In this document: positions 45,028-56,422 of the stretch, piece after piece
Layout of the letters: every line of letters starts with the position of its first letter
Position numbering within the stretch: position 1 is the stretch's first letter
Assembly: GCA_963792415.1 (NCBI GenBank)
Contig: CAWBVY010000006.1
Coordinates: 96,001 to 160,000 of the forward strand
Origin: Candidatus Deferrimicrobiaceae bacterium
GTDB taxonomy: Bacteria > Desulfobacterota > Deferrimicrobia > Deferrimicrobiales > Deferrimicrobiaceae
DNA: 64,000 nucleotides
Direction of reading: 5' to 3'
Notes under the pieces: model-generated
Told to the model about the DNA's origin: nothing
The model's input: only the letters and a program-made list of their open reading frames with translations
The model's database searches: none
Position numbers and translations under genes: made by a program

Positions 45028-46035
45028 TCAATCCTCTTTCCGCGGCGGGCTGAACTTTTCCGGGGTGAACTCCTCGATCTTCATTCCGAGCGAGAACCCC
45101 ATCCCGACAAGGACATCCTTGATCTCGTTGAGGCTCTTCTTCCCGAAGTTCTTGGTCTTGAGCATTTCCTGCTCGCTTTTCTGGACAAGCTCGCCGATAT
45201 ACTTGATATCCGCATTCTTCAGGCAATTGTAGGCGCGAACCGAGAGCTCCAGCTCCTCCACCGGCTTGTAGAGATTCTCGTTCGCCCCTCCCTCCTCGAG
45301 CCGCGCCGGCTCGTCCGGGATCTCGGTATCGTCGTCGAAATTGATGAAGACGGTCAACTGGTCCTTCATGATCTTCGCCGCGTAGGCGACCGCGTCGGCG
45401 GGAAGGAGGGAGCCGTCGGTCCAGACCTCGAGGGTCAGGCGGTCATAGTCGGTCTGCTGCCCCACCCGCGCGTTGGTTACCGCGAAATTCACCTTCCGGA
45501 TCGGAGAGAAGATGGCGTCGATGGGAATCGTCCCGATCGGGGAGTTCTCCTCGAGGTTGCGCTCGGCCGGGACGTAGCCCTTCCCCATCCGGACGGTCAT
45601 CTCCATTCGCAGTTTGGCGTTGGCGGAGAGTTCGGCGATGTGGTGGTCCCGGTTGAGGATCTCCACCATCGGGTCCGGGGAGATGTCGGAAGCCTTCACC
45701 CTCCGGGGACCCTTCGCCTCCAGAACGAGCGTACGCTGCTCCGGAGAATGCATCCGGAGTCGGACCTCCTTGAGGTTGAGGACGATGTCGGTGACGTCAT
45801 CCACGACCCCGGTCATCGTTGAGAACTCGTGCTGCACCCCCTCGATCCGGACGGAGGTTATGGCGCCGCCCTGCAGGGAGGACAGGAGGATCCTGCGAAG
45901 CGCGTTCCCGAGGGTGGTTCCGAAGCCCCGCTCGAGAGGCTCGGCCACGAATTTTCCGTAATTGAACGTCGCCGTGTCGGTCTGGACCTCGATGCGGCGA
46001 GGCTTGATCATCTGCTTCCAGTTTCGCTGAAACAT
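45028..46035 (-). CDS. rpoA: RNA polymerase alpha subunit
   Basis: [43 protein letters not shown]. Confidence 0.97.
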   Translation of the reverse strand: MFQRNWKQMIKPRRIEVQTDTATFNYGKFVAEPLERGFGTTLGNALRRILLSSLQGGAITSVRIEGVQHEFSTMTGVVDDVTDIVLNLKEVRLRMHSPEQRTLVLEAKGPRRVKASDISPDPMVEILNRDHHIAELSANAKLRMEMTVRMGKGYVPAERNLEENSPIGTIPIDAIFSPIRKVNFAVTNARVGQQTDYDRLTLEVWTDGSLLPADAVAYAAKIMKDQLTVFINFDDDTEIPDEPARLEEGGANENLYKPVEELELSVRAYNCLKNADIKYIGELVQKSEQEMLKTKNFGKKSLNEIKDVLVGMGFSLGMKIEEFTPEKFSPPRKED

Positions 46036-46065
46036 GCGTCCCCCTTCTCCTGCCCCCAAAGAGTC

Positions 46066-46692
46066 TTACTTCGAGTAGAGCTCGACGATCAACTGTTCCT
46101 GGATCGGCTCCTGGATGTCCGCCCGGGACGGCAGAGTCTTGATCTTCCCACGGAAACTGTCACGCTCGAGCTCTAGCCAGGGCGGAATCCCCTTCCGGAC
46201 CACGGCGTCGAGCGACTCGTTCACGTTCGGGATCTTCCGGCTCTTTTCCCGCAGCTCGAGGACGTCCCCCGAACGGACGAGGAAGGACGGAATATTCACC
46301 TTCTTCCCGTTCACAAGGAAGTGTCCGTGCCGCACGATCTGGCGGCTTTCCCTGCGGGTCGGGGCGAACCCCAGCTTGTAGGCGACGCTGTCCAGGCGGC
46401 GTTCGAGGAGGATCAGCAGGTTCTCGCCGGTCTTCCCCTTCATCCGGTCCGCCTTCTCGAAATAGTTGTGGAACTGGCGCTCCAGCAGACCGTAGATCCG
46501 CTTCGCCTTCTGCTTCTCCCTCAGCTGGACACCGTAGTCGCTATGTTTCGGGCGCCGCTGGCCGTGCTGGCCCGGCGGGTAGCCTCTCCTCTTGATGGCG
46601 CACTTGTCGGTGAAGCAGCGATCTCCCTTTAGATAGAGTTCGACCCCTTCCCGACGACAGAGCCTGCAGACGGCCTCACGATACCTTGCCAA
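46066..46692 (-). CDS. rpsD: 30S ribosomal protein S4
   Basis: [37 protein letters not shown]. Confidence 0.97.
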   Translation of the reverse strand: MARYREAVCRLCRREGVELYLKGDRCFTDKCAIKRRGYPPGQHGQRRPKHSDYGVQLREKQKAKRIYGLLERQFHNYFEKADRMKGKTGENLLILLERRLDSVAYKLGFAPTRRESRQIVRHGHFLVNGKKVNIPSFLVRSGDVLELREKSRKIPNVNESLDAVVRKGIPPWLELERDSFRGKIKTLPSRADIQEPIQEQLIVELYSK

Positions 46693-46728
46693 AGAAAGTT
46701 TCCTCCTTGTCCCGTTGGGTTGCGGTGG

Positions 46729-47118
46729 TCAGACGCGACGGCGCTTCGGCGGCCGGCATCCGTTGTGCGGGATGGGCGTCACGTCCCGGATGAAGTTCAC
46801 CTTCAAACCGGAGGCCTGCAAGGAGCGAAGCGCGGCCTCGCGGCCGGACCCGGGCCCCTTGATGTGAACGGTCACGGTGTTCACGCCGCTGTCCATCGCC
46901 TTTTTCGCGACTTCCTCGGCGGCCACGGTGGCGGCGAACGGAGTGCTTTTCCTCGATCCCTTGAACCCCTTTGCCCCCGCGCTCGCCCACGCAAGCGTGT
47001 TGCCGTCCGGATCGGTGATCGTGATGATCGTGTTGTTGAAGGTCGCCTGGATGTGGGCCACCCCCACCGGCACGTTCCGGCGGACCTTCCTCTTGCCTTT
47101 CTTTTTCGGCGTTGCCAT
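46729..47118 (-). CDS. rpsK: 30S ribosomal protein S11
   Basis: [38 protein letters not shown]. Confidence 0.97.
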   Translation of the reverse strand: MATPKKKGKRKVRRNVPVGVAHIQATFNNTIITITDPDGNTLAWASAGAKGFKGSRKSTPFAATVAAEEVAKKAMDSGVNTVTVHIKGPGSGREAALRSLQASGLKVNFIRDVTPIPHNGCRPPKRRRV

Positions 47119-47173
47119 CGTTCCTCCGCACCCGCCCCGCGGCGGGGATTATCGCCGGCTGGTTCAGCCGTCC

Positions 47174-47557
47174 TTATTTCTTCGTGGCTTCCTTCTTCTT
47201 TGCGACGGCGCCCTTCCGCGGACCCTTCCGGGTCCGGGCGTTCGTGTGGGTACGCTGACCGCGCGCCGGCAGCCCCTTGCGGTGCCGAAGGCCACGGTAT
47301 GCCCCGAGGTCCATCAACCGCTTGATGTTCATGGATATTTCCTTGCGCAGATCCCCCTCGACGCGAAAATTGGCGTCGATCACGTCCCGGATCCGGGCAA
47401 TCTGGTCCTCGCCCAGCGTCGACGTCCGCAAATCCGGCGAGACGCGCGCCTCCTCGAGGATTCTCATCGCGGATGTCGGGCCGATCCCGTAGATGTACGT
47501 AAGGGCCGTCCCGATCTTCTTCGTCTTAGGAATGTCCACTCCCGCTATGCGTGCCAA
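47174..47557 (-). CDS. rpsM: 30S ribosomal protein S13
   Basis: TTG start (M)[34 protein letters not shown]. Confidence 0.97.
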   Translation of the reverse strand: MARIAGVDIPKTKKIGTALTYIYGIGPTSAMRILEEARVSPDLRTSTLGEDQIARIRDVIDANFRVEGDLRKEISMNIKRLMDLGAYRGLRHRKGLPARGQRTHTNARTRKGPRKGAVAKKKEATKK

Positions 47558-47603
47558 CCGACTCCTCCTTGATACGATCTGTTGCGGCATCTACCCTGTG
47601 CGT

Positions 47604-47717
47604 CTACCCCTGGCGCTGTTTGTGCTTCGGGTTCACGCAGATCACCCGTACGACGCCCTTCCGACGAATGACCTTGCACTTTACGCAAAACTTTCGCACC
47701 GACGGTCTGACTTTCAT
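47604..47717 (-). CDS. rpmJ: 50S ribosomal protein L36 (Zn-binding form)
   Basis: Below the ORF-track cut-off; manual translation [37 protein letters not shown]. Confidence 0.97.
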   Translation of the reverse strand: MKVRPSVRKFCVKCKVIRRKGVVRVICVNPKHKQRQG

Positions 47718-47730
47718 CTTCGTCCCCTCT

Positions 47731-47949
47731 TCACTTCGATCGGTAGGTGATCCGGCCCCGCGTCAGGTCGTACGGGGTCAACTGAACGGTTACCCGATCC
47801 CCCGGCAGGATCTTGATGAAATGCATCCGCATCTTGCCGGAGATGTGCGCGAGCACCTTCATCTTGTTGTCGAGTTCCACCCGGAACATGGCATTCGGCA
47901 ACGGCTCGATCACCGTACCCTCGATTTCTATCGCCTCTTCTTTTGCCAT
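47731..47949 (-). CDS. infA: Translation initiation factor IF-1
   Basis: [11 protein letters not shown]...[10 protein letters not shown]...HISGKMR...[12 protein letters not shown]. Confidence 0.97.
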   Translation of the reverse strand: MAKEEAIEIEGTVIEPLPNAMFRVELDNKMKVLAHISGKMRMHFIKILPGDRVTVQLTPYDLTRGRITYRSK

Positions 47950-47986
47950 ATTCCTCTTTATATCCAACTATAAATAACTAATAACT

Positions 47987-48736
47987 TCAAGGAAGACTTA
48001 ATACTCGATACCCGTCCTCGGTAACCGCCACCGTGTGCTCGAAGTGCGCCGACCGGGTCCGGTCGCGCGTGACGACCGTCCACCCGTCCGACAGGACCTC
48101 GACGGGCCACCCCCCCGCGTTCACCATCGGTTCGATGGCCAGGGTCATTCCCGGGATCAATTTCGGCCCGACCCCCCTCTTGCCGAAATTCGGGATCTGC
48201 GGTTCCTCGTGCAGCGACCTGCCGATTCCGTGCCCGACGAAGTCGCGCACCACCGAGAATCCTTCGGACTCGACCGTTTCCTGCACGGCCGCCGATACGT
48301 CTCCCAACCGGTTCCCGGGGCGAACCTCCCCGATCCCCGCCTCGAGCGAACGTTTCGTGGCGGTGAGAAGCCTGGAGGAAACCCCGCTCACCGCCCCAAC
48401 GGGAAAGGTCATCGCCGAATCGCCGTAGAAACCGTCACGAACGATCCCGAAATCGATGCTCAGGATGTCGCCCTCCCGGAGAATCCTGTCCTTCGACGGG
48501 ATCCCGTGCACCACCTCTTCGTTGATGGAGGTGCAAAGATGCGCCGCGTACCCCATATATCCCTTGAAGGCGCTTTTAACGCCGTTCCGGGCGATGAACC
48601 GGTCCGCGAACAGCTCAAGCTCCCATGTACTGACCCCGGGGAGAATCAGCGGCCTCACTTCCTCAAAGAACCTGCCTACAACGGCGCCCGCGCGCCGCAT
48701 CACCTCGATCTCGCGAGGCGACTTTACCAGAATCAC
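47987..48736 (-). CDS. map: Methionine aminopeptidase type I
   Basis: CTSINEEVVHGIP, GDSAMT, GHGIG..LHEEPQI, AIEPM, SAHFEHT. Confidence 0.96.
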   Translation of the reverse strand: MILVKSPREIEVMRRAGAVVGRFFEEVRPLILPGVSTWELELFADRFIARNGVKSAFKGYMGYAAHLCTSINEEVVHGIPSKDRILREGDILSIDFGIVRDGFYGDSAMTFPVGAVSGVSSRLLTATKRSLEAGIGEVRPGNRLGDVSAAVQETVESEGFSVVRDFVGHGIGRSLHEEPQIPNFGKRGVGPKLIPGMTLAIEPMVNAGGWPVEVLSDGWTVVTRDRTRSAHFEHTVAVTEDGYRVLSLP

Positions 48737-48741
48737 ATCCC

Positions 48742-49386
48742 CTACCGGAGAATCTTCACGATCTCGGCGTAGATGGCGTCGATCTCTCCGGAAGCCATCA
48801 CGGACCGGATTTTCCCTGTGTTCCTGTAATAATCGAGCAGCGGAGCGGTGGCCTTGTTGTAGTTGGCCAACCGGTTCGTGATCGTCTCTTCCTTGTCGTC
48901 GTCCCGCTGGATCAGGGCGGTTGCGCACTTGTCGCACTTCCCCTCGGCCTTGGGGGGGTTGAACTTCACGTGATACATCGCCCCGCAACCGGTGCAGGTC
49001 CGGCGTCCGCACAAACGCTCCATCAGGTCATTCTGGTCGACTTCGAGCGAGAGGACGAAGCGGATCCCCTTCCCCAGCTCCTTCGTCACCCGGTCGAGCG
49101 CCTCGGCCTGCGGGATCGTACGCGGAAATCCGTCGAGAATGAAGCCTTTCCCGCAATCGGGCTCCGCGAGGCGCTCCTTGACGATACCGATGACCACCTC
49201 GTCGGGTACCAGCCCGCCCGCGTCCATGAACGTCTTGGCCTGCCTGCCGAGCGCCGTCCCGTTCTTGACCGCAGCCCGGAGCATGTCCCCGGTGGAGACC
49301 TGCGGGATGTCGAATTCCTGGGTCAACTTCTTGGCCTGGGTCCCTTTCCCCGCGCCGGGGGGGCCCAGAAGGATAATTCCCATCAT
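48742..49386 (-). CDS. adk: Adenylate kinase (Zn-binding LID)
   Basis: GPPGAGKGTQ, STGDMLR, LDGFPRT, CTGC...CDKC, QRDDD. Confidence 0.97.
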   Translation of the reverse strand: MMGIILLGPPGAGKGTQAKKLTQEFDIPQVSTGDMLRAAVKNGTALGRQAKTFMDAGGLVPDEVVIGIVKERLAEPDCGKGFILDGFPRTIPQAEALDRVTKELGKGIRFVLSLEVDQNDLMERLCGRRTCTGCGAMYHVKFNPPKAEGKCDKCATALIQRDDDKEETITNRLANYNKATAPLLDYYRNTGKIRSVMASGEIDAIYAEIVKILR

Positions 49387-49390
49387 CGGC

Positions 49391-50698
49391 TTATCCCCTC
49401 CTCCCCTTCATCTGACCCTTCTTGAGGAACCCTTCGTAATGCCGCGTGATCAGGTGCGACTCGATCTGCTGGACCGTATCCATGGCGACACCCACCACGA
49501 TCAGGAGCCCTGTCCCGCCGAAATAGAAGGGGACGTTGAACCGGGCGATGAGGATGCTGGGCAGGACGCAGATGACCGACACGTAGATCGCACCGCCCAG
49601 CGTGATCCGCGTAAGGATCTTGTCGATGTATTCCGCCGTCTTCTTTCCGGGACGGATCCCGGGGACGAATCCTCCGTACTTCTTCATGTTGTCCGCGACG
49701 TCCACCGGATTGAAGGTCACCGCCGTGTAGAAGTAGCAGAAGAAGATGATGAAGGCGACAAAGAGCATCTCGTAGCCGACACTTCCCGGCGTCAGCGCGT
49801 CGGAGATCGTCTTCGTGATCGGGTGCTTGATGAAGCTGGCGATCGTCGCGGGGAAGAGCAGGATGGAGGACGCGAAGATCGGCGGAATGACGCCGGCGGT
49901 ATTCACCTTCAGCGGCAGGTGGGTGCTCTGCCCGCCGTAGACCTTCCGACCCACGATCCTGCGGGCGTACTGCACCGGGATCCGCCGGTGCGCGCGCTCG
50001 AAATAGATGATGACGGCGACGACGGCCACCATGAGCGCCAGCAGGAACAGCCCGGCGAAGAGGTTCATTTCCCCGGTGCGGACCAGGGTGACCGTGCGGA
50101 TCAGGCCGCTCGGGAAGCGGGCCACGATGCCGGCGAAGATGATGAGGGAGATACCGTTGCCGATCCCCCGCTCCGTGATCTGTTCGCCCAGCCACATCAG
50201 GAAGGCCGTCCCGGAGGTGAGCGTGATGACCGTCATGAGCCGGAATGCCCAGCCCGGGTGGTAGACGACGGACCCCGCGCCCGCCGAAACGCTTTCCAGG
50301 CCGACGGCGATCCCCATCCCCTGGATGACGGACAGGACGATCGTTCCGTACCGGGTGTACTGCGTGATTTTCCGCCGGCCGAGCTCCCCTTCCTTCGAAA
50401 GCTTCTCGAGCTGCGGGATGACGACCGTAAGAAGTTGAAGGATGATCGAGGAACTGATGTACGGCATGATGCCGAGAGTGAAGATGGAGAAACGCGCGAG
50501 CGCCCCCCCGGAGAACATGTCGATCATGCCGAATAGGGTGCCCGCCTGGCTGTCGAACACCGCCTTGAGCGCGAGGTTGTCGATCCCCGGCGTCGGGATA
50601 TAGATCCCGATGCGGTAGACGATGAGCAGGAGCCCCGTGACGAGGATCCGCCGCTTGAGCTCGGGGACCCGCGTTATGTTCTGGAAGCTTTCGAACAC
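49391..50698 (-). CDS. secY: Preprotein translocase subunit SecY
   Basis: [55 protein letters not shown]. Confidence 0.97.
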   Translation of the reverse strand: MFESFQNITRVPELKRRILVTGLLLIVYRIGIYIPTPGIDNLALKAVFDSQAGTLFGMIDMFSGGALARFSIFTLGIMPYISSSIILQLLTVVIPQLEKLSKEGELGRRKITQYTRYGTIVLSVIQGMGIAVGLESVSAGAGSVVYHPGWAFRLMTVITLTSGTAFLMWLGEQITERGIGNGISLIIFAGIVARFPSGLIRTVTLVRTGEMNLFAGLFLLALMVAVVAVIIYFERAHRRIPVQYARRIVGRKVYGGQSTHLPLKVNTAGVIPPIFASSILLFPATIASFIKHPITKTISDALTPGSVGYEMLFVAFIIFFCYFYTAVTFNPVDVADNMKKYGGFVPGIRPGKKTAEYIDKILTRITLGGAIYVSVICVLPSILIARFNVPFYFGGTGLLIVVGVAMDTVQQIESHLITRHYEGFLKKGQMKGRRG

Positions 50699-50702
50699 CG
50701 GT

Positions 50703-51143
50703 TCAGACCTCCACGGTCCCGCCGGCGGCGACGACTTTCTCGACGGCGGACTTGCTGGCACGGTCGACCTTCACGGTGAGTTTCCGGGTGACCTCGCCGT
50801 TTCCGAGAAGCTTCACGCCCCCGGGACAGGCGCCTTTCACCAGGCCCTCGCGCCGAAGCGCCTCGGCGTCGACCACTGCGCCCGCCTCGAACCGGTTCAG
50901 TTCCTTCACGTTGACGACCGCCGTCTCTTCCCGGAAGATGTTGACGAACCCGCGTTTCGGGAGCCGTCGCTGGAGGGGCATCTGTCCGCCTTCATATCCG
51001 GGCTTCGTCCCTCCGCCGCTGCGGGCCTTGAGACCCTTGTTTCCCTTGCCGGAGGTCTTCCCGAGCCCGGAGCCTTCGCCCCGCCCGACGCGCTTGCGCG
51101 CGCTTTTCGCCCCTTTTGCGGGGCGAAGATCCGTTAGCTTCAT
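50703..51143 (-). CDS. rplO: 50S ribosomal protein L15
   Basis: [29 protein letters not shown]. Confidence 0.96.
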   Translation of the reverse strand: MKLTDLRPAKGAKSARKRVGRGEGSGLGKTSGKGNKGLKARSGGGTKPGYEGGQMPLQRRLPKRGFVNIFREETAVVNVKELNRFEAGAVVDAEALRREGLVKGACPGGVKLLGNGEVTRKLTVKVDRASKSAVEKVVAAGGTVEV

Positions 51144-51334
51144 GACGTCTCTCCCACCTCTTCCATCCGGACGAGGAACTTGACCTTTTCCACCATCCCG
51201 CGGATCTCCGGCGTGTCCAGCCGGACGACCGGTCGGTTCAGCCGGGTGATCCCGAGTCCCTTCACGACCTTGCGGTGGTATGCGGTTCTTCCGCTCAACC
51301 CCCGCAGGAGAGTGATGCGCAGTTTTCCGCTCAT
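51140..51334 (-). CDS. rpmD: 50S ribosomal protein L30
   Basis: LRITLLR...LG...DTPEIRGM; lies between rpsE and rplO. Confidence 0.93.
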   Translation of the reverse strand: MSGKLRITLLRGLSGRTAYHRKVVKGLGITRLNRPVVRLDTPEIRGMVEKVKFLVRMEEVGETS

Positions 51335-51831
51335 GCAGTCGCCTCTTCCTCTCTCGGGCCCCGGACCGCCAGGATCTGCGCAGCGGTCCGCAATTGGGAA
51401 AGCCCCTCGATCGTCGCCTTCACGAGATTGTGAGGATTGTTGCTCCCCAGGGACTTCGTCAGAATGTTCGAGATCCCGCTGGACTCGATCACGGCGCGGA
51501 CCCCGCCGCCCGCGATGACGCCGGTCCCGGGCGAGGCGGGCCGGATGATGACCTTCGATGCTCCGAACTCTCCGGTCACGCCGTGCGGGATGGTGCCATC
51601 TATCAGCGGAACGACGATCAGCGACCGCTTCGCGTTCTGCACCGCCTTGCGGATCGCGTCGGGAACCTCGTTCGCCTTCCCCAGACCCGTCCCGACGTGC
51701 CCGTTGGCGTCGCCAACGACCACGACCGCGCTGAAGGAAAAGCGACGACCGCCTTTAACGACCTTGGCGACCCGACTGATGTGCACGACACGGTCCTTTA
51801 AATCCAGCCCTTCCGGATCGACTCTTTTCAA
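51331..51831 (-). CDS. rpsE: 30S ribosomal protein S5
   Basis: [34 protein letters not shown]; TTG start. Confidence 0.96.
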   Translation of the reverse strand: MKRVDPEGLDLKDRVVHISRVAKVVKGGRRFSFSAVVVVGDANGHVGTGLGKANEVPDAIRKAVQNAKRSLIVVPLIDGTIPHGVTGEFGASKVIIRPASPGTGVIAGGGVRAVIESSGISNILTKSLGSNNPHNLVKATIEGLSQLRTAAQILAVRGPREEEATA

Positions 51832-51871
51832 GCCTTCCTCCCCGTCCCCTCGCGAAAGTGTGCGCTCATTT

Positions 51872-52240
51872 TCAGAATACCAACCCGGATTCCCGGGCTC
51901 CGTCCGCCAGGGCCTTGATCCGCCCATGGTAGAGGAACCCGTTCCGGTCGAACACCACCCGCTGGATGTTTTTTTCCAGTGCCTTTTTCCCGATCCACTG
52001 CCCCACCTTTTTCGCGGCGTCGCTCTTGTCGAGGTCGCCGATCTCCGCCCGCAGATCCGGGGAAAGTGTGGACGCCGCAAGGATGGTCGACCCCGTGGAG
52101 TCGATCACCAACTGGGCGTAGATGTGCTTCGCGCTGCGGAAGACGGACAACCTCGGGCGCTGCTCGGTGCCGAAGATCCGCTTCCGGATCCGGCCTTTCC
52201 GGTTCTGTCGTGCGGTTTCCCGCTGGTTTTTCTGGCTCAT
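51872..52240 (-). CDS. rplR: 50S ribosomal protein L18
   Basis: [27 protein letters not shown]. Confidence 0.96.
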   Translation of the reverse strand: MSQKNQRETARQNRKGRIRKRIFGTEQRPRLSVFRSAKHIYAQLVIDSTGSTILAASTLSPDLRAEIGDLDKSDAAKKVGQWIGKKALEKNIQRVVFDRNGFLYHGRIKALADGARESGLVF

Positions 52241-52280
52241 GGCGTTCGGATCCCCATCGTAAGGAGTTGCACGTTGTCCA

Positions 52281-52814
52281 CTACTTGCCTGCCGCCTTCC
52301 CGACCTTCTTGATCAGACGTTCGCCGCGGTAGCGGATTCCCTTGTTCTTGTAAACGTCCGGCTTCCGGAGCATCCGGACCCGGGCGGCGGTTTCCCCGAG
52401 GACTTCCTTGTCGAACCCGCTCAATTTGATGACGGTGTTCGCCTCGACCTGCGCGGTCACGCCGGCCGGCAGCGGGAAAACGACCGGGTGGGAGTACCCC
52501 AGCGCCAGGTGGAGCGCGCCCCCCTTTGACTCGGCCTTGTAGCCCACGCCGACGATCTCCAGGACCCGCTGAAAGCCGTCCGCGACTCCCTGTACCATGT
52601 TGGCAAGGATCGTCCGGTACATGCCGTAAAGGTTCTCCGCGTCCTTGTCGAGAAGAACGACCGTCGCCGCGCCATCCTTCACTTCCACCGCCAGCTGTCC
52701 CGGGATCGGTCGGGCAAGCTGCCCCAACTTCCCGGTGACGGTCAGCACTCCGTTCATTGCCTCCACCTTGACACCGGCGGGAAGGACCACAGGTCTTTTA
52801 CCGATTCTCGACAT
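52281..52814 (-). CDS. rplF: 50S ribosomal protein L6
   Basis: MSRIGKRP, GVGYKA, LGYSHP, PDVYKNKGIRY. Confidence 0.96.
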   Translation of the reverse strand: MSRIGKRPVVLPAGVKVEAMNGVLTVTGKLGQLARPIPGQLAVEVKDGAATVVLLDKDAENLYGMYRTILANMVQGVADGFQRVLEIVGVGYKAESKGGALHLALGYSHPVVFPLPAGVTAQVEANTVIKLSGFDKEVLGETAARVRMLRKPDVYKNKGIRYRGERLIKKVGKAAGK

Positions 52815-52850
52815 CGTTTCGCTCCTCGTTGGAAAGAACCCGGAGGCCGC

Positions 52851-53255
52851 CTACCAGATTTCGCAGAGCAGCTCGCCGCCGATAGAAAGCTTCTTCGCCT
52901 TCTCCCCCGTCATGACGCCGCGCGACGTGGAGACGATGGCGATGCCAAACCCGTTCTTCACCGTCGGAATCTCGTCCTTACCGACGTAGAGACGCCGTCC
53001 CGGCCGGCTCATCCGGCGAATCCCCTTGATGGCGTATCCCGTTTCCGGACTCGATTTCAGGGCGATTCGGAGGCGGCTCGCGTTTTTTTCGGTCACGACC
53101 CGGTATCCCTTGATGAACCCTTCCTCCTTGAGGATCTGCGTGATTCCCTGAAGGATGTTCGTCGAGGGGATCTCCATCTGTTCGAAGCGTGCCTGCTGGG
53201 CATTCCGAAGCCGCGCCAGCAGATCCGACACGTGATCGTTGTTCGACATTGCCAT
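52851..53255 (-). CDS. rpsH: 30S ribosomal protein S8
   Basis: DLLARLRNA, LKEEGFI, SRPGRRLY, STSRGVMT, GGELLCEIW. Confidence 0.96.
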   Translation of the reverse strand: MAMSNNDHVSDLLARLRNAQQARFEQMEIPSTNILQGITQILKEEGFIKGYRVVTEKNASRLRIALKSSPETGYAIKGIRRMSRPGRRLYVGKDEIPTVKNGFGIAIVSTSRGVMTGEKAKKLSIGGELLCEIW

Positions 53256-53266
53256 TTTCGCCCCTC

Positions 53267-53452
53267 CTACCAGCTCGCCTTGGTCACGCCGGGAAGCTCC
53301 CCGCGAAGGGCGAGCTGCCGCAGGCAGATCCGGCACAGCTGGAACTTCCGGTAGAAAGCGCGCGGCCTGCCGCAACGCGGACACCGGTTGTATTTCCGGA
53401 CAGCGAATTTCGGCGTCCGTTTCGACTTGGCGATGATCGATTTCTTTGCCAA
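53267..53452 (-). CDS. rpsN: 30S ribosomal protein S14 type Z
   Basis: 61 aa with CPRCGR...CRIC zinc motif, ending [10 protein letters not shown]. Confidence 0.96.
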   Translation of the reverse strand: MAKKSIIAKSKRTPKFAVRKYNRCPRCGRPRAFYRKFQLCRICLRQLALRGELPGVTKASW

Positions 53453-53472
53453 CGTCTGCTCTCCTCTCTTCC

Positions 53473-54012
53473 TTACGCCCGGAAGGGAATTCCCATGAGC
53501 CGCAACAGCTCGAGGCCTTCTTCATCGGTCCGGGCCGTGGTCACGATGGTGATGTTCATGCCGCGTATCTTGTCGATCTTGTCGTAGTTCACTTCGGGGA
53601 ACATGATCTGCTCCTTGATCCCGAGGGTATAGTTGCCGCGCCCGTCAAACCCCCTCGTGGATACCCCCTTGAAGTCCCGCACGCGCGGAAGGGCGATCGA
53701 GATCAGCTTGTCGAGAAAGTGGTACATACGGTCCCGCCGCAGCGTGACCATGACGCCGATGGGAACCCCTTCCCGAAGCTTGAAGTTCGCGATGCTCTTG
53801 CGCGCCTTGGTGACCACGGGCTTCTGGCCGGTGATGATGCCGATCTCGTCGCCGGCGGTCTCGATCACCTTGACGTTTTCGATCGCGTCGCCGAGTCCCA
53901 TGTTGACGACGACCTTGGTGAGCCTGGGGACCTGCATCACGTTCCGGTAGCCGAACTTCTCCTTGAGCTTGGGAACGATCTCCGCCTTGTACTGGTCGTG
54001 CAATCTCGCCAT
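53473..54012 (-). CDS. rplE: 50S ribosomal protein L5
   Basis: [37 protein letters not shown]. Confidence 0.97.
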   Translation of the reverse strand: MARLHDQYKAEIVPKLKEKFGYRNVMQVPRLTKVVVNMGLGDAIENVKVIETAGDEIGIITGQKPVVTKARKSIANFKLREGVPIGVMVTLRRDRMYHFLDKLISIALPRVRDFKGVSTRGFDGRGNYTLGIKEQIMFPEVNYDKIDKIRGMNITIVTTARTDEEGLELLRLMGIPFRA

Positions 54013-54053
54013 TTCCGATCACCCCCATCCGCCGTTCCGGCGGAGGTATCCTT

Positions 54054-54395
54054 TCACTTCTTTTTTGCTTCGAGGACGTCCCCGCATCGCTTGCAGACGC
54101 GGTTGCGTGCCCCATTCCCGTCCACCGCCATCGCGATCCGGGTCGGCTTGTTGCATTTGTCGCACATGACGAGAAGGTTGGAGTAGGAGATCGGCGCCTC
54201 TTTCTCCACGATCCCGCCTTGGGGAGTCGTCTTCCCGGGCTTCGTGTGCCGCTTCACCATGTTGAGCTTCTCGACGAATACCCTTCCCTTCTCGCGGTCG
54301 ATCTTGAGGACCCGGCCGACCTTCCCCTTCTCCCGTCCCGAGATCACCTTGACGATGTCGTTCCTGCGGATCTGCGTTTTCTTCCCGGTTTCCAT
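54054..54395 (-). CDS. rplX: 50S ribosomal protein L24
   Basis: DIVKVISGREKGKVG, GGIVEKEAPI..SN. Confidence 0.95.
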   Translation of the reverse strand: METGKKTQIRRNDIVKVISGREKGKVGRVLKIDREKGRVFVEKLNMVKRHTKPGKTTPQGGIVEKEAPISYSNLLVMCDKCNKPTRIAMAVDGNGARNRVCKRCGDVLEAKKK

Positions 54396-54409
54396 TCCGC
54401 CCCCCCGGC

Positions 54410-54778
54410 TCACAGGACTTCCGGCGCCAGTGAGATGATCTTCATGTACTTTCTGGCGCGCAGCTCGCGGGCGACGGGTCCGAAGATCCGGGTGCCGATC
54501 GGCTCGCCCTGCGGATTGACGAGAACGGCGGAGTTCTGGTCGAAGCGGAGGAAGCTGCCGTCGGCTCGGCCGATCTCTTTCACGGTGCGGACGACGACTG
54601 CCTTGTGAACGTCCCCCTTCTTCACCTTGCCGTTGGGGATCGCCTCCTTGACGCTGACGACGATGATGTCGCCCACGCCGGCGTAGCGTCGACGGCTGCC
54701 TCCCAGCACCTTTATGCAGCAAAGACGCTTCGCACCCGAGTTGTCGGCCGCGTCGAGCATGGTCTGCATCTGGATCAT
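54410..54778 (-). CDS. rplN: 50S ribosomal protein L14
   Basis: [27 protein letters not shown]. Confidence 0.97.
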   Translation of the reverse strand: MIQMQTMLDAADNSGAKRLCCIKVLGGSRRRYAGVGDIIVVSVKEAIPNGKVKKGDVHKAVVVRTVKEIGRADGSFLRFDQNSAVLVNPQGEPIGTRIFGPVARELRARKYMKIISLAPEVL

Positions 54779-54806
54779 TTCATCATCTCCGGCGGATGTA
54801 TTCGGC

Positions 54807-55088
54807 TCACTGGGTCGCGGCGCGCTCGATCAGCCGGGCGATCCGCCACCGTTTGTCCTTGCTCGTCGGCCGCGTCTCGACGATCTCAACGCGGTCCCCG
54901 AACCGGAATTCGTTCTTCTCGTCGTGCGCCTTGAAGTTTTCCCGGCGCCTCACGTATTTCTTGTAGACGTCGTGCGGGACCAGGCGCTCCACGCGGACGA
55001 CCACGGTCTTGTCCATCTTGTCGCTGACGACCGTCCCCACCAACTTTTTCCGCGCCCTGCGGGCTTCCATCGTACCCTCCGCCGTCAT
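54807..55088 (-). CDS. rpsQ: 30S ribosomal protein S17
   Basis: [29 protein letters not shown]. Confidence 0.96.
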   Translation of the reverse strand: MTAEGTMEARRARKKLVGTVVSDKMDKTVVVRVERLVPHDVYKKYVRRRENFKAHDEKNEFRFGDRVEIVETRPTSKDKRWRIARLIERAATQ

Positions 55089-55089
55089 G

Positions 55090-55290
55090 TCAGTTCGCCT
55101 TTCCTTCCGTTTTCGCCTGCAGGAACGTCACCACGCGTGCCAGGTCCCTGCGCCGGTTCCGGATCAGCATCTTGTTTTCCAGGGCGGACGCGGCGCGCTT
55201 CATCTTCAGACGGAAGATCTCGTCGCGCAGCTCCCGCTCCTTCTGGCGGAGTTCCTCCGCCCCGAGATCCCGCAGATCCTTTGTCTTCAT
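55090..55290 (-). CDS. rpmC: 50S ribosomal protein L29
   Basis: Short helical protein with RRDLARVVT, between rplP and rpsQ. Confidence 0.94.
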   Translation of the reverse strand: MKTKDLRDLGAEELRQKERELRDEIFRLKMKRAASALENKMLIRNRRRDLARVVTFLQAKTEGKAN

Positions 55291-55296
55291 GGACGT

Positions 55297-55707
55297 CTAT
55301 GCCTCTCTGGACAGAAATGTCGTATGGATCGGGAGCTTGTGGGCCGCCAGGCGAAACGCCTCCCTCGCTGTGGCCTCGTCGACACCCTCGATCTCGTAGA
55401 GAACACGGCCCGGGCGGACCACGGCGACCCACTCCTCGGGTGCGCCTTTCCCCTTCCCCATCCGGGTTTCCGCCGCCTTCTTCGTGATCGGCTTGTCGGG
55501 AAAGATCCGGATCCAGATCTTCCCTCCGCGCTTGATGAAGCGCGTCATCGCGATACGAGCCGCCTCGATCTGCCGGGAGGTGATCCATGCGGCGTCGGCG
55601 GCCTTTACCCCGAAATCACCGAAGTTGAGCGTGTTCCCGGACTGCGCCTTTCCACGGCGACGGCCCTTCATCTGCTTGCGGTACTTGACCCTTTTGGGGG
55701 CGAGCAT
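55297..55707 (-). CDS. rplP: 50S ribosomal protein L16
   Basis: [28 protein letters not shown]. Confidence 0.97.
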   Translation of the reverse strand: MLAPKRVKYRKQMKGRRRGKAQSGNTLNFGDFGVKAADAAWITSRQIEAARIAMTRFIKRGGKIWIRIFPDKPITKKAAETRMGKGKGAPEEWVAVVRPGRVLYEIEGVDEATAREAFRLAAHKLPIHTTFLSREA

Positions 55708-55720
55708 GATTCCCGTTCTC

Positions 55721-56377
55721 CTATTCGTTGTTGGCGGGGGAAGGAGGCGCCTTCGGGAGCACCTCGCCCTTGTAGATCCAGACCTTCACCCCGATGATCC
55801 CGTAGGTGGTGCGCGCCTCTGAAAATCCGTAGTCGATGTCGGCCCTCAAGGTGTGAAGAGGCACCCGCCCCTCGCGATACCACTCGGTCCGTGACATCTC
55901 GGCGCCGCCGAGTCGGCCGGAGACCTGGATCTTGATCCCCTTGGCGCCCAGCTTCATCGAGGAAAGCACGGTCTTCTTCATGGCGCGACGGAAAGCGATC
56001 CGACGCTCGAGCTGCATCGCGACGTTTTCCGCGGTCAGCTGGCCGTCCGTCTCCGGGCGGCGGATTTCGATGATGTTGATCGACACTTCCTTCGGCGTGA
56101 GCTTCTGGATCTCCTTCTTCAGGTTTTCGATCTCGGCGCCCTTCTTGCCGATCACGATCCCCGGACGGGCCGTGGCGATCAGAACGTTGACGCGGTTGCT
56201 GCGGCGCTCGATCTCGATCGAGGAGACCCCCGCGTGGTTCAGGCGGTTCTTGACGAAGCCTCGGATGCGCAGGTCCTCCTGCAGTTGCGACGCGTACTCC
56301 TTTTCCGAGTACCAACGCGAGCGCCACGTCCGGATGGACACCAGCCGAAATCCGTAAGGGTGTGTCTTCTGTCCCAA
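55721..56377 (-). CDS. rpsC: 30S ribosomal protein S3
   Basis: [35 protein letters not shown]. Confidence 0.97.
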   Translation of the reverse strand: MGQKTHPYGFRLVSIRTWRSRWYSEKEYASQLQEDLRIRGFVKNRLNHAGVSSIEIERRSNRVNVLIATARPGIVIGKKGAEIENLKKEIQKLTPKEVSINIIEIRRPETDGQLTAENVAMQLERRIAFRRAMKKTVLSSMKLGAKGIKIQVSGRLGGAEMSRTEWYREGRVPLHTLRADIDYGFSEARTTYGIIGVKVWIYKGEVLPKAPPSPANNE

Positions 56378-56422
56378 AATCCGCCTCCTGTTAGCGGTTA
56401 AGTGTAGCGGTTACCGGCCTTT

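Noticed and set aside
46066-54395. Cys/Zn motifs in S4, L36, S14, L24 and Adk
   Set aside because: These are known Zn-binding variants of the proteins and not novel.
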